This document shows positions 36,401 through 44,570 of a stretch of DNA of 64,000 nucleotides, one piece after another. Position 1 is the first letter of the stretch; each line of letters starts with the position of its first letter. Made by a program: the position numbers and the translations under genes. Source of the stretch: Magallana gigas (lineage: Eukaryota); contig NC_088858.1 in assembly GCF_963853765.1 (NCBI RefSeq), positions 6,696,001-6,760,000 on the forward strand, read 5' to 3'. Below the pieces are notes generated by a model. It saw only the letters and a list, made by a program, of their open reading frames with translations, did no database searches and was not told where the DNA came from.

Positions 36401-39400
36401 TAGATTTTTTTTGAATGGGTATCCAGTTTTATATGTTTGTTGATGAGGGCATCAACATAATTGCGCGGGGGAGATATGTAATGGTTAAAATTATACGTGG
36501 TATTTGCGCGAATCGCGTGCCGTATATTTTACCTGTGTTTATTCTATTTATAGAGTTTCTGTTCAGCGCAAATTCTTTTTTTTAGAGATTATGTTTCTTT
36601 AAACTTATTAAAAATATCTTTTGAACATTTATCTAGTTGTTTTCGATTCTATTATGATAATCAGCAAAGTGAGACTAATTTGTGAAATTATTTATTTACT
36701 TATTATAATATTTGAGATTTAAACTAGTCTAACAAGTTTATACGGAGTCTCACTTCGCTGACGCCCTTGAGAGTGTTCAGGTGTGAAACGGGTGAAACGT
36801 GTGAGTGATACTAGTACCTTACATTATTTACGTCATACCTGTTGGAAGTGAGTGCGCTAGTCTACTAATTGACTGTGTGTGGCACCGCCGCCATATATTG
36901 GAGTAGCTCATTGCCAATAAATTTAATATTTAATTGAAATAAAGAACTTGAACAGAATAAGCGATTTTATTCTATTACATACTGATACATATGTAACAGA
37001 GACACTTATTGCCTCTGCTGGGGTTTGAACCCAGGTGCTCTGGCACACCAGTCCAGCACTCTACCGATCGAGCTAAAGGGTTAACCCGCTAGCCAGAGCT
37101 AGTAGGAATGCCATATACCTGACTCTACCACATTGTCCCCCTCCAAGGAGAGAGGTGTCCCGACTCTCCTGGAGTGCCAGCACCTATGGGGCAAAGTACA
37201 AGAGACAATATCTCTCACCCGCCAGAGAATACCCAGGTCCCAATGTGGGCGTCAAATGTAACAGAGACACTTAATGCCTCTGCTGGGGTTTGAACCCAGG
37301 TCCTGCCAGTCCAGCACTCTACCGATCGAGCTAAAGGGTTAACCCGCTAGCCAGAGCTAGTAGGAATGCCATATACCTGACTCTACCACACATATTGTGA
37401 TAATTTTCATACATCATATTTTTTTGCAAATATGAATCTTGAAAGTTCATCGCACAATAAATAGTTTTGTACAAAATAAATGCAAAAGTGTGAGTTTTTA
37501 CTCCTTTAGAATTTGTTAACTCATTTTATTATAAAAACAAAACAAAATAATAAACACACACAGACTGAAGTTTACTTGTAAAGACAAACAAATTGCCAGA
37601 AGACTTACCCCTGTGTTGTTGATTCTTTATTCTGAACATAATCTTCCAATACAGCTACTGACTCCACAGAAGGGACATCTCCAACATCCTCAAGGAAACA
37701 ACTCGTCACAGTTCTGTCAGACAGCTCATCCACCTAGTGACGGAGAGACAAAAAATATATAAAACCAAGCATTGTCCAAAACCGTTTTTGCTGGCTTAAA
37801 ATTTATGAGTTAACTGCTTTTCTCCTCTGGAGAGGAGTGGATCATAAAACCTTGATTAACAAAGGTGGGTCCAAAACAATATCAACAATTCTTTAACATA
37901 TGCCAATGTTTTCCTTTCTTAATAATTCCATTCATATCTAAGATATCTTTAGAAAGATCATTTCTTTGACCTACTGTATAAGAATCATTACGGTATATGT
38001 AGTTCACCTTTTCACTTTGTCTAGGTTGAGGTGGCTCAGGTTCATCAAAATCTCCAAAGTCCCCGAAATCGTCCCCACCCCCCTCCTGCCACTCATCCTC
38101 CTCCCCGTCTTTCCACTGACCACTGCCCTGGTTGCTCCATTCATCCTTGGGATTTTCAGTATCATCTTTAGCTACTGTGTTCTCAGTGGTTTCCTGAAAT
38201 GAAGCCCAATTACCACTGTCTTCCCCAGTTGCCTCCCCTGAAAAGGCTGCAAACTGACCATCGGATTCACTCCTATCAGCATCTCTTTGAGCTGCAGAGT
38301 CAAAATCAGCAAAGTCATCAAAATCATCGTCATCATCATCATCATGTTTTATCACAGTACTTTCACTTTTGATGATATTGTCCTCTGTTGGGTCTGCAAA
38401 CTTTAGATCAGGATTTTTTTCATCTGATTCATTATTCTCACTGATTACTTCTGTATTATTAGATGGGGAAGAGTTTAAATCTGCAAAGTCATCAAATTTA
38501 TCATCATCTTCATCGTCATCATCATCATCATCTTGTTTTAGCACTGTACATTCACTACTAGTTTTAGTGTCCTCTGTCAAGGGAGAGGACTTCTCCTGAT
38601 CATCTAATTTATTTTCACTGTAAACCTCTGTATCCTCATTGGATGGAGAAGAGTTAAAATCAGCAAAGTCATCAAAACCATCATCATTATCAGGTTTAAT
38701 TATATCACTCTTTTTATTTTCCTGAGCCTCGGTTTTGTTATTTTCTTCATTAGCCTGCACTTCATCACTAAATGGAGCAGAGTCAAAATCTGCAAAGTCA
38801 TCAAATTCATCATCCTCTTCAGCATTGTTTGGAACACTGGTAACACTGCTGTCAGATATCTCCTCTTTCTCCTTGCATGCATCAATAACATCTCCTTTTG
38901 TATGAGCAAGATTTTGATCTTTTTCAATTGATAATGATACACCCTTTGAATGAACTTCTGTTGTAGTTAAGACATCATCTTGCTCTTCTTCATTCTCACA
39001 ATATTTGTCATCCCCATTTGAACTTGTGTTTATAATGGCCCCATTTTTCATTTCAGAGATATCTTTTATACTTTCACTTTCCTGATAAAGGTCCTGAGTC
39101 TGGGTTTTCTCCTCAAAATATGAATCAGATAAAGATGAAGGGTTCTCATCTGTTTCACTTATTTCTGCCTCAAAGTTTTTACTTTGAACTGATATGGATT
39201 TCTCATTTTCCTTATCTCTTATATCTAAAACATCAGATGTAGATGAATTTATGTTTTCATTTAAATTCCTACTGCCCTCCCCTTCAGAAATGGTATTTGT
39301 ATTTCCTTCTTCATTGCCTTTACCAGTTTGGGGATCATATGTAGAAGTAGAGTCTTCATGAATACCAGCTTTACTTTTATCACTCACAGAGTCTTGCACT

Positions 39401-40035
39401 GAGATTTCAATCTCAGAATTCACTGTTTGATTGGAATCAAACTTATCCGTTTCTGATGAACCAGAAGTATGGATGTCACTATGATCTTCAACTAAAGATT
39501 CAGGGCTGGTTTCAAAGTTTCTAAAATCCCCATTAGAATCTTCATTTAGAACTTCAGATGGACTAGAAGGATCGATGGGTTCATGAAGGGTTTTTCCTGC
39601 ACCATTACCCTTATCACAATTTTTAAGAGGATCACTGGGTGAAACCTCTGAGCTAAAAAGTCCGGAGTCAACATGTGGAACTGTGCCTAATCCCTTTTGC
39701 AACACACTTTCTATACAATGACTACTGTTCAGATCTAATCCAGAATCACTACTTGTTATCAAACTACTACCATCTGCATCAAGTTTGAGTTCCATTGACT
39801 TTGTAGAAATCTTTTCCTCGGTAATGTTAGAATTTTCCTGTGTTGATGTGGCATTTTTTGTGGGAGTGTTATTTGAGCCAGAATCAGAAAAGGCTGCCCA
39901 GTCCTGCGACACACTGTTCTCTGATACATCATGACCAGCTCCCATGAAGTTTCCAAAGTCTTCATCCCAATCATCACCCTCCTCCTCATCAAATGGGGGA
40001 GGCGATGATGACACCATTGGATATACCCCCGACAT
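24415..40035 (-). CDS. AFTPH: Aftiphilin (AP-1/clathrin accessory protein); 916 aa, 920 with the microexon
   Basis: Exons 40035-38008, 37733-37609, 30013-29893, 29770-29633, 29100-29043, 27642-27571, optional 26971-26960, 24623-24415; phase-consistent (2751 nt without the microexon). Hallmarks: N-terminal MVSSSPPPFDEE, WAAF/DDFGDF/DDFADF motifs, KWSQSRSSKQLLSSLHIDTRNI, PIYASNLTLLEPTK, PPVQFDWSSSGLTNPL, clathrin-box-like SLDLDF, C-terminal LPDLSFMQAKVLMFP. Confidence 0.95.
25101..25415 (+). mobile_element. Kolobok-type 315-bp TIR element with an internal tRNA-like Pol III cassette
   Basis: TTAA flanks at 25097-25100 and 25416-25419. TIR GGTGGTATAGGACA / TGTCCCATACCACC. A-box TAGCGCAGTGG (25210-25220) and B-box GTTCGAATCC (25253-25262). 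Confidence 0.8.
25549..25622. repeat. Short palindromic element
   Basis: TTAGACTTGTAGATCCGCTC ... GAGCGGATCTAAGTTCTAA imperfect inverted arms. Confidence 0.55.
26211..26760 (-). mobile_element. Helentron/HINE-like element, reverse orientation
   Basis: One end reads GAGGTCCATGGGCCACATCACTCACCTGAG and the other AAGCTCATTTTGGACTTCAGCTCTGGTGAGCTAAAA, the reverse of the TTTTAGCTCACC terminus at 1510. Confidence 0.6.
26960..26971 (-). CDS. AFTPH: Candidate 12-nt microexon of AFTPH, adding EWDW
   Basis: The reverse strand reads GTTTCTTTTCTATTCACTGCTAATTGTAG|AGTGGGATTGGG|GTAAGC: pyrimidine tract, CTAAT branch-like motif, AG, 12 nt, strong donor. It is frame-preserving between two phase-1 boundaries. 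Confidence 0.7.
30097..30599 (+). repeat. 5' LTR of the Gypsy element
   Basis: 503 bp, TG..CA ends, AATAAA near the 3' end. No difference from the 3' LTR was found by eye. Confidence 0.98.
30603..30620 (+). promoter_or_regulatory. Primer-binding site, probably tRNA-Ser
   Basis: TGGCGTCGTGGACAGGAT lies 3 nt after the LTR. Its complement ATCCTGTCCACGACGCCA has a CCA end and a G discriminator, as in tRNA-Ser 3' ends. The tRNA identity is inference. Confidence 0.75.
30975..32078 (+). CDS. gag: Gag polyprotein (capsid plus CCHC zinc knuckle); 367 aa
   Basis: Open frame from ATG 30975 with an N-terminal coiled coil, a capsid-like region (EWLDDARQHL...MLKERFVEGIRD) and the knuckle CFRCGGKGHKEQDC. 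Confidence 0.93.
   Translation: MPTKNEIKELFDREREKSDQLESEVLLLHRRLKKAEHELSLKDEEMKQKSDSNPNKTVFVAREKKIARLCGRPVKESDPDVAEWLDDARQHLKVINDNDARIDFLMDNLGGQAKDEIRLRPRLERDTAERILEIIKSVFASTETLGALQQQFYQRDQKHGELLQNYSLALMKLLDKIVAKDENAVTDFDEMLKERFVEGIRDSSLRREIRRFSFEKKAMSFGEFRQKKLQWSEDYKNEPLSKSFSAHEITSQESVKSKVVKDQSEDQLSEILKILKLQQTQIDENQKELKKLSEAMKTSKPQYENKYLQGRQFPNVRQSHITCFRCGGKGHKEQDCSTQLDTSSFSRKGKSQGASFSNLPLNEKRLL
32048..36355 (+). CDS. pol: Pol polyprotein (protease, RT, RNase H, integrase) in the -1 frame relative to gag
   Basis: The frame opens after TAA 32045-32047 and has no stop until 36355. Motifs: protease LIDTGSQVS, RT LRLCVDYRRLN and YLDDILIF, RNase H VETDASYDGLGAVL, integrase HHCC (HDSSGH..CERC) and DDE core (MDF, LHSDQG, ERFNRTL). 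Confidence 0.97.
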   Translation, partial: SSFKREASVVESRPADERAETKDSIDQRIIDRVIGQCPVVTVQIEGKPISCLIDTGSQVSTITESYFRDLLKSEPKLIDVTKWMKVSGANHLPIPYIGYIEVVIDTAHGSVPNVGVLVVNDTTDQYGKQKKLQVPGVLGSNFFRILKEQVEQNLYSVTEHNDQLLNTLSIFEMSTSISGSKKLSFVKVAGQDPIKIPANSMKVVIGTTRQTSRNFSGLVQAVHGNYGTLPKNTLLIDTYADVENGKIPVRVVNIGDEDVWLNPKSRLGILHDVEVEFASQPNCHAEIEVRNQEINVSIESIQKWKDHDVKAVVSTKNAIQIHGVEVDIGENLSVEEKERLISILNTHQDVFSKNSDDLGFTDTVKHKILTSDEVPIKLPHRRIPPNQIEEVKSHIQTLLKQGIIRPSTSPYGAAVVLVRKKDGSLRLCVDYRRLNLKTIKDAFPIPRIEEALDALHGAKFFSTLDLAQGFYQVQMDEHDCHKTAFRVGPLGLYEFVRMPFGLCNSPSTFQRLMEACLGDKNFEILLLYLDDILIFSQSFDEHLERLVFVFDRLRAHNLKIKPSKCHFFHKEVNYLGHVVSEDGVKVNPDKIAVIKDWKTPQTEKDLRSFLGLAGYYRKFIKGFSQIAAPLHSVLTKQEKKVTGKKMVTKEIPFKQKWNADCDNAFEKLKSCLTSTPVLGFPNFSSPFIVETDASYDGLGAVLSQQQESGKVVISYASRSLRPGERNMSNYSSMKLELLALKWAITEKFRDYLLGSSFIVYTDNNPLSYLKTSKLAASELRWASELAQFNFDIRYRSGKANKNADSLSRMYRESNSEEILADFSQSTSLREIITDYQRLETDKDLEITERKELTPILPGYTNEELRKLQTEDPDINRVFQWLETGHKPTSRQISRERREVRKFLRKFHLLQLKNGVLYMTSKGLDGEYLQLAIPECLRPQIMESLHDSSGHQGRERTMALIKKRCYWPGMIADVVRWIERCERCMIAKTPIPTIRPSLGNLLAKRPLEILAMDFTLLEKTSDGFENVLVLTDVFTKYTMAIPTKNQKASTVAKHLVNEWFHKIGIPSRLHSDQGRNFEGEVVKELCKIYGIKKSRSTPYHPEGNSQCERFNRTLHDRLRTLDADQKRKWTMYLPELVYVYNVTPHSSTGFSPYYLLYGREPKLPVDFLLGINNDSESFEVDEWLHTHRERLRYAWAAAEKNTEKSAEKRREFHERKSTHCSIDVGTKVLLRNHVQGRNKIQDVWKPDPYIITEKLQENVYKVKSADGYDDVKVLHRNEILDTKEKAQNDIDPCEEPDSDEEIKTFEVTEIENEGDNPDPESQVSLDENDNKQESMPPEDNIAENKQSDILDSPLQLTPGQSPTDNKVSVGHGQEIPLRRSNRSTAGKHPNPFNLPKSVLSRNMSVNADSSSSEFQDFGNAVAALGASLSASLSQTF
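32054..32118 (+). promoter_or_regulatory. -1 programmed ribosomal frameshift signal
   Basis: Slippery heptamer T TTA AAC at 32054-32060 in the gag frame, 6-nt spacer, stem CGTCTGTTG (32067-75) / CAGCGGACG (32088-96). Loop GAGTC can pair with downstream GACTC (32114-18). Confidence 0.85.
36465..36476 (+). promoter_or_regulatory. Polypurine tract of the Gypsy element
   Basis: G-rich GCGGGGGAGATA immediately precedes the 3' LTR. Confidence 0.8.
36477..36979 (+). repeat. 3' LTR of the Gypsy element
   Basis: 503 bp, matches the 5' LTR, followed by the TSD TACT. Confidence 0.98.
36992..37390 (-). mobile_element. Miniature LTR retrotransposon (TRIM) with tRNA-like LTRs, Helenus/TRIMp3-like; 399 bp
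   Basis: Direct repeats at 36992-37132 (141 bp) and 37257-37390 (134 bp) with TG..CA ends and a 4-bp TSD CATA. On the minus strand there is a PBS-like TGACGCCCACATTGGGAC after the 5' LTR and a PPT GGAGGGGGACAA before the 3' LTR. Each LTR holds the A-box TAGCTCGATCGGTAGAG and the B-box GGTTCAAACC. Confidence 0.9.
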
Positions 40036-40644
40036 TCTGTACTGAATGTGAGGTTCAAGTTTCACTGATTCTTCATACTGACCTACAGACAGTATAACAA
40101 CAAAGTTAGCATATAAAACTTCATCAAGATCATCAAAGTATTAAAAACAGTGAAACATGAATTGAACAGCTGCTATTCACAGATGACAGAGAGAGGATGT
40201 ACATCAAAGATTAAATCATAATTAACATATATTAATCGTTTCATCACATTGTGACGAAACCGTTAATTTAAAGAAGTGCTTATTTCACTATAGCTGAAAG
40301 CAAAATTGTACGCAAATCATACCGAAAGTGTCAATTCAGGAACTAAGGTACACCTGTCTGTAAATTTGACAACTCCCGTCATGCAATTCATATCCTGAAT
40401 TTTTAGTAAAGCGTACTGTTTCTTTTCGGACAGGACAACCAATAAATCTGTCCACCATATTTCACCGAAATACTATATATGTTCGCCATTGTAATTCATA
40501 AGAGAGAACTAAAGTCGTTATTCAAGAAAAATGCACAAAAAACTAAGAGTGCTGAGAAATTTGCCAAAATATGAATGTAATATGAAATATTGGACATTTA
40601 AACGTACAAGTTAACTTAAATTTTACTTTCATTTTAGAAAAAAT

Positions 40645-43305
40645 ATGGCGGCTGCAACAGGGCGAGTTGATGAACTCGTAAAAGATTATTTATTATACAG
40701 AGGTTGTACAGCCTCTTTAAGAAACTTTGAATATGAACTCAAGATTGACAAAGATAAGGGTTTGCGTGCTGACAAGATTTTAGAGCAGTTTCAGCAGTAT
40801 GTCGGAAGTCACAGCTTATCTAACCTGAGAGACTTCTGGACCCACTTGAATGGTCGCCTCTTCTGTCGATTGGAGCAACGTTACATACCAAGTGTTAAAA
40901 AGCTTGAAGTTGGACTATTAAAGCTTTATGTTGTTAATGCATGTCAGAGTAACAGGCAAGATAAAGTTACCGAGTTTTTCGACAAAATGGCAGGCGATTT
41001 GCAACAGCAGCCGGAATTTAGGGAATGGTTCTGTTTCCCTTTCATTAAAAATCCTGAAGAGAACAGCCACTTTGCGATGTACTTCACAAAGACGTGGCAA
41101 GAAATGTTTTACTTATCACTCTTTAATTTTCTGAGTGTCATTATCAACGTTATGCCCGCACCAGTTCTTCTGAACTTTGATATTGAACACAAAAGAATGA
41201 AAAATTTACAGGAAGAAAATGAGATGCTGAAAACCCAGTTACTCTCTGCAGACAGAACACTAGCACTGAAATCAAGCTGTACAATGGAAAGAAAGTATGT
41301 TGGAAGGGGTGCAAATTCTGCAGAATTGTGTTATGATTTTAGTGACTTGGGAGATGAGAGTTTAGAGATTCAGAAGCAGCAGAAACCTAGTCGAAAGATT
41401 CCATTTTCAAATTCGCCGTTATTCAACCGCAAACCAAACATTTTAACATCCAACAAAAGTCCAATTAAGTCTCAGAGTAAGGCAAAGACAGGAAAATCTC
41501 AAGCAATGAACATAAAAAAAGAAAATGGTAGCACAGCTTTACCTTCCAACCAAGGCCATCCAGAATATACAAGTAGATCACTTAGTTCAGGAGCAGCAGC
41601 TCAGAAAGTAGGGCACCCTGAAGCTACCTCAAGGTCTTTAAGTCATCAAAATAAGCCCATCCAACCTAATACTCCAAGTGAAGCCTCAAGAAACAAAGCA
41701 GTAACCTCCCAAGGAAAAGCAAGTAGTCTACCAAAAGTTGAAGAGTTCACTGCTTCCTCCGCTAGTAATGCACCTGTACCAAAATTAGAAAATCTTGATC
41801 AAAATCTTATAGGGGTACAAAAAAGTCCAGATAATACTTCAAAAGAAGTACTTGCTAGTAGAAGGACAACAAAAGAGTTATCTTATGATGCTCAGGAGGA
41901 TTTGACACCTGTTAATGAGAACAGATGTTTATCGGAGGCCTCCAAACCTAAAAGTATCATTGACAAGTCAGACTATATAGCAGATGACCAGGGCCCATTC
42001 CTTCTCCTTAGTCAAGAAGATTATAAAGAACACAGATCTGCCATTTCTTATGCTAGATTTAGTGTGATGGGGCAATATGTAGCAAGCGTTGACGTAGATG
42101 GAATTGTCAAAATATGGTCATGGAGTCCCCAACCAGTAACTTGCGCAACAGTCATGTCAAAGTCAGCTTTTCTTTCACTGGAGTGGGCAAGCAAACAAGA
42201 CCGATGGTTGCTGCTGGGTAATCGGTCAGGAAATATACGTCTGTTTGATGTCAAAGAGATGAAATCATTTTATGAGGCAACTTCAGATTCAAGCTACCCT
42301 CGAATTGTAAGCCTGAGCTCTAACCAATCAAATGGCACGTTTGTCTGTTCTGCTACAGTTAACAGAGCACGCAGTGCATCTGGAAGTGATCTACAAACAT
42401 CAACCAATGCACGCGTTGGAAAACTCTCACTATGGGATCTACGATCTATGAATCAGTTGAAGCACCTTGAAGTCCAACCAGGACCTGTAACCATAAACTG
42501 TTGTTCCTTCAACCATAACGGACATCTCCTGTTGACGGGAGGGGTTGACGGAACCATCCGGCTTTTTGACATGCAGCAACACAAGGTGATTTCTCAATGG
42601 GAAGCCCATTCTGGAGAAGTCCAAACTCTACAGTTCAGTTCTGACGAGACTAACTGTTACAGCATTGGCACAGACGGGAAGGTAAGGAAAAAATACCTCA
42701 ATGTATACTGAATATGATACTGAAAATATTCTAACGTAGTATTCAAGGATTGAATTTAAAAGTAATGTTTTAGGTCTGATGCAACAAATGATTGCTTGCA
42801 CACTTTTGCAAAGTTAATAATTATGTTAAAATGATTCATGTAATAATGGATTGTTTTCCCAAATAACATCAGTTTAATTTTGTTGTTGATAGGATTTGAA
42901 AATACAGTATTTTAATGATACCTTTAATATTCTAATTTTATTCAAATTATTCCACAGCTCATTCAGTGGAGTCTCCACAAACAAGGGGTCATGACAGATC
43001 TTTCCATACACAACGGGGCCTCCCTGCCCTTCCTCCCTGGATTGCAAGGAGGGCTCAAAGAAATACCAAGGGGGCAAGTGTTCACCATGGAAGCTGATGG
43101 AGATTACATGTTGACATGCGATAAGACCCGAGGATGTATGTACAAGGTCAAGGACAATTCCTTGTCACATGTCATGAATATTCAGGGCCATGCATCGTTT
43201 CTTACCACAGTTGACTGGTCACCAAATATAGACACAAAAGTTTGCATGACTGGGGCCACTGATGGAACCATCAAGATCTCAACTCTTCTGTCCACACAGA
43301 TATGA
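40645..43305 (+). CDS. WDR91: WD repeat-containing protein 91 (Rab7 effector); 794 aa
   Basis: Exons 40645-42681 and 42958-43305, joined in phase 0 (AAG|GTAAGG..CCACAG|CTC). The N-terminus DELVKDYLLYRG..DKDKGLRADKI..EWFCFPFIKNPEEN..YFTKTW..SLFNFLSV..PAPVLLNFD matches WDR91. C-terminal WD40 repeats are present (ASVDVDGIVKIWSW, LTGGVDGTIRLFD, TGATDGTIKIS). Confidence 0.95.
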
Positions 43306-44530
43306 TGTATCAAAACAATACATCTGTTTATACAATATTTGGAGTTTTTATATTGTCATTGATTGAGATGTAGGTTTAAGATAACTGGTAAAATTTTATC
43401 ATCATCATAGACTTGTACATTCAAGACTCATTTTGATGTATACATTTTCAAATTTTTGGATATATATATGAAGTAGTATGTCATTTTTTTATGTTTCTTA
43501 CAGTATTTTAAAATTTACATAGGTAAGTAATATTCCTGGTAACCAGTACAATATGTTCATTAATTTAGTTGTTATAGTGGTATTCAGCAGTAGTTTGGTT
43601 ACAGATAAGCTCAATTTAGAAAATAATCTCCATTAAAATGTGAACAAATGCGTTGAATATGGATCAAGTTGAAAATATGGCAAATTTTATGTTTTTTAAA
43701 TATTATGTATTATAAAACTGTGCAATAGCATTTGCTTCATCTGTCTGTTTGTCTGCCTGTCTCTTTTTACACACTTTATTTCCATGATTTCAATTTGATT
43801 CAAGTTTTGAAGTAATGAGATGAATGAAAAATGACAGCATTTGATGTATTAATATACATGTATGTTAATGTATGTAAGTGATAAACAACTTTGATGTTTT
43901 GGACCTTTGGTGGTTGTCGGCTGAAAGACTCGGACATTTTGATGAACCAATTGATTTCAAAAATTGTGCATTTTGTGTTTTTTTATTAATATCAAGAAAC
44001 TGTGTTGTTATGAGGGACAAGGAAAATCCGGGGTTAATTCCATGATAATCTATTTTATATAAAATATGTTGGTTATTTAGATTTGTTCTGGTATTTTTTT
44101 TTTTTTCAAGACATCGTTTTCACAATTTTCACCATACACCAAAAATTGTCTAATACAATGTACTGTGGGAACTGCGCAATATTAGTTTTTTTTAAAGTAT
44201 ATTTTAACTTAATTTTCCAAATTATTTATGAAGAGATAATTATCATTTCAGATACCTTTACATTGCATATTTTTTTTGCATCAGACTTACCAGGTTTAAT
44301 TGTAGACTATCTGCCATGATAAGTTTATCATTCCTAAAATATTTTATGTTTATTCAGATTATTTATTTGTTACAGTAATTATTAATTAAGTTATTTCGAA
44401 TAAATTAAAAAATTATCAAATCTTTATTGTTGTTAAAAGCAGTAAGTTATTTGATGCATAATGTCATTTTGTAAACTAGTATATATATTCGATTTTAATA
44501 ATGTGCACTTTGTTCTTATTCTGATTGCTT

Positions 44531-44531
<1 letters not shown>

Positions 44532-44567
<36 letters not shown>
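44532..44567. repeat. (TC)n microsatellite; others at about 11373-11390, 14408-14443, 49153-49178, and a compound (GA)n at 50284-50375
   Basis: Directly visible dinucleotide runs. Confidence 0.95.

Positions 44568-44570
<3 letters not shown>

Larger units (their letters stand above)
30097..36979 (+). mobile_element. Full-length Ty3/Gypsy LTR retrotransposon (6883 bp), antisense in an AFTPH intron
   Basis: LTRs at 30097-30599 and 36477-36979 (503 bp, TGTAA..TTACA). 4-bp TSD TACT at 30093-30096 and 36980-36983. PBS, PPT, gag and pol in PR-RT-RH-IN order. No env. Confidence 0.98.

Noticed and set aside
35900-36476. env-like third ORF or chromodomain in the Gypsy element
   Set aside because: Pol runs to 36355 with an acidic low-complexity tail, only about 120 nt remain before the LTR, and no chromodomain motif is recognisable.
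37005-37085. Functional tRNA gene (also 37270-37335, 25205-25270, 20232-20298)
   Set aside because: The acceptor stems do not pair and the sequences sit inside mobile elements. They are treated as tRNA-derived promoters.
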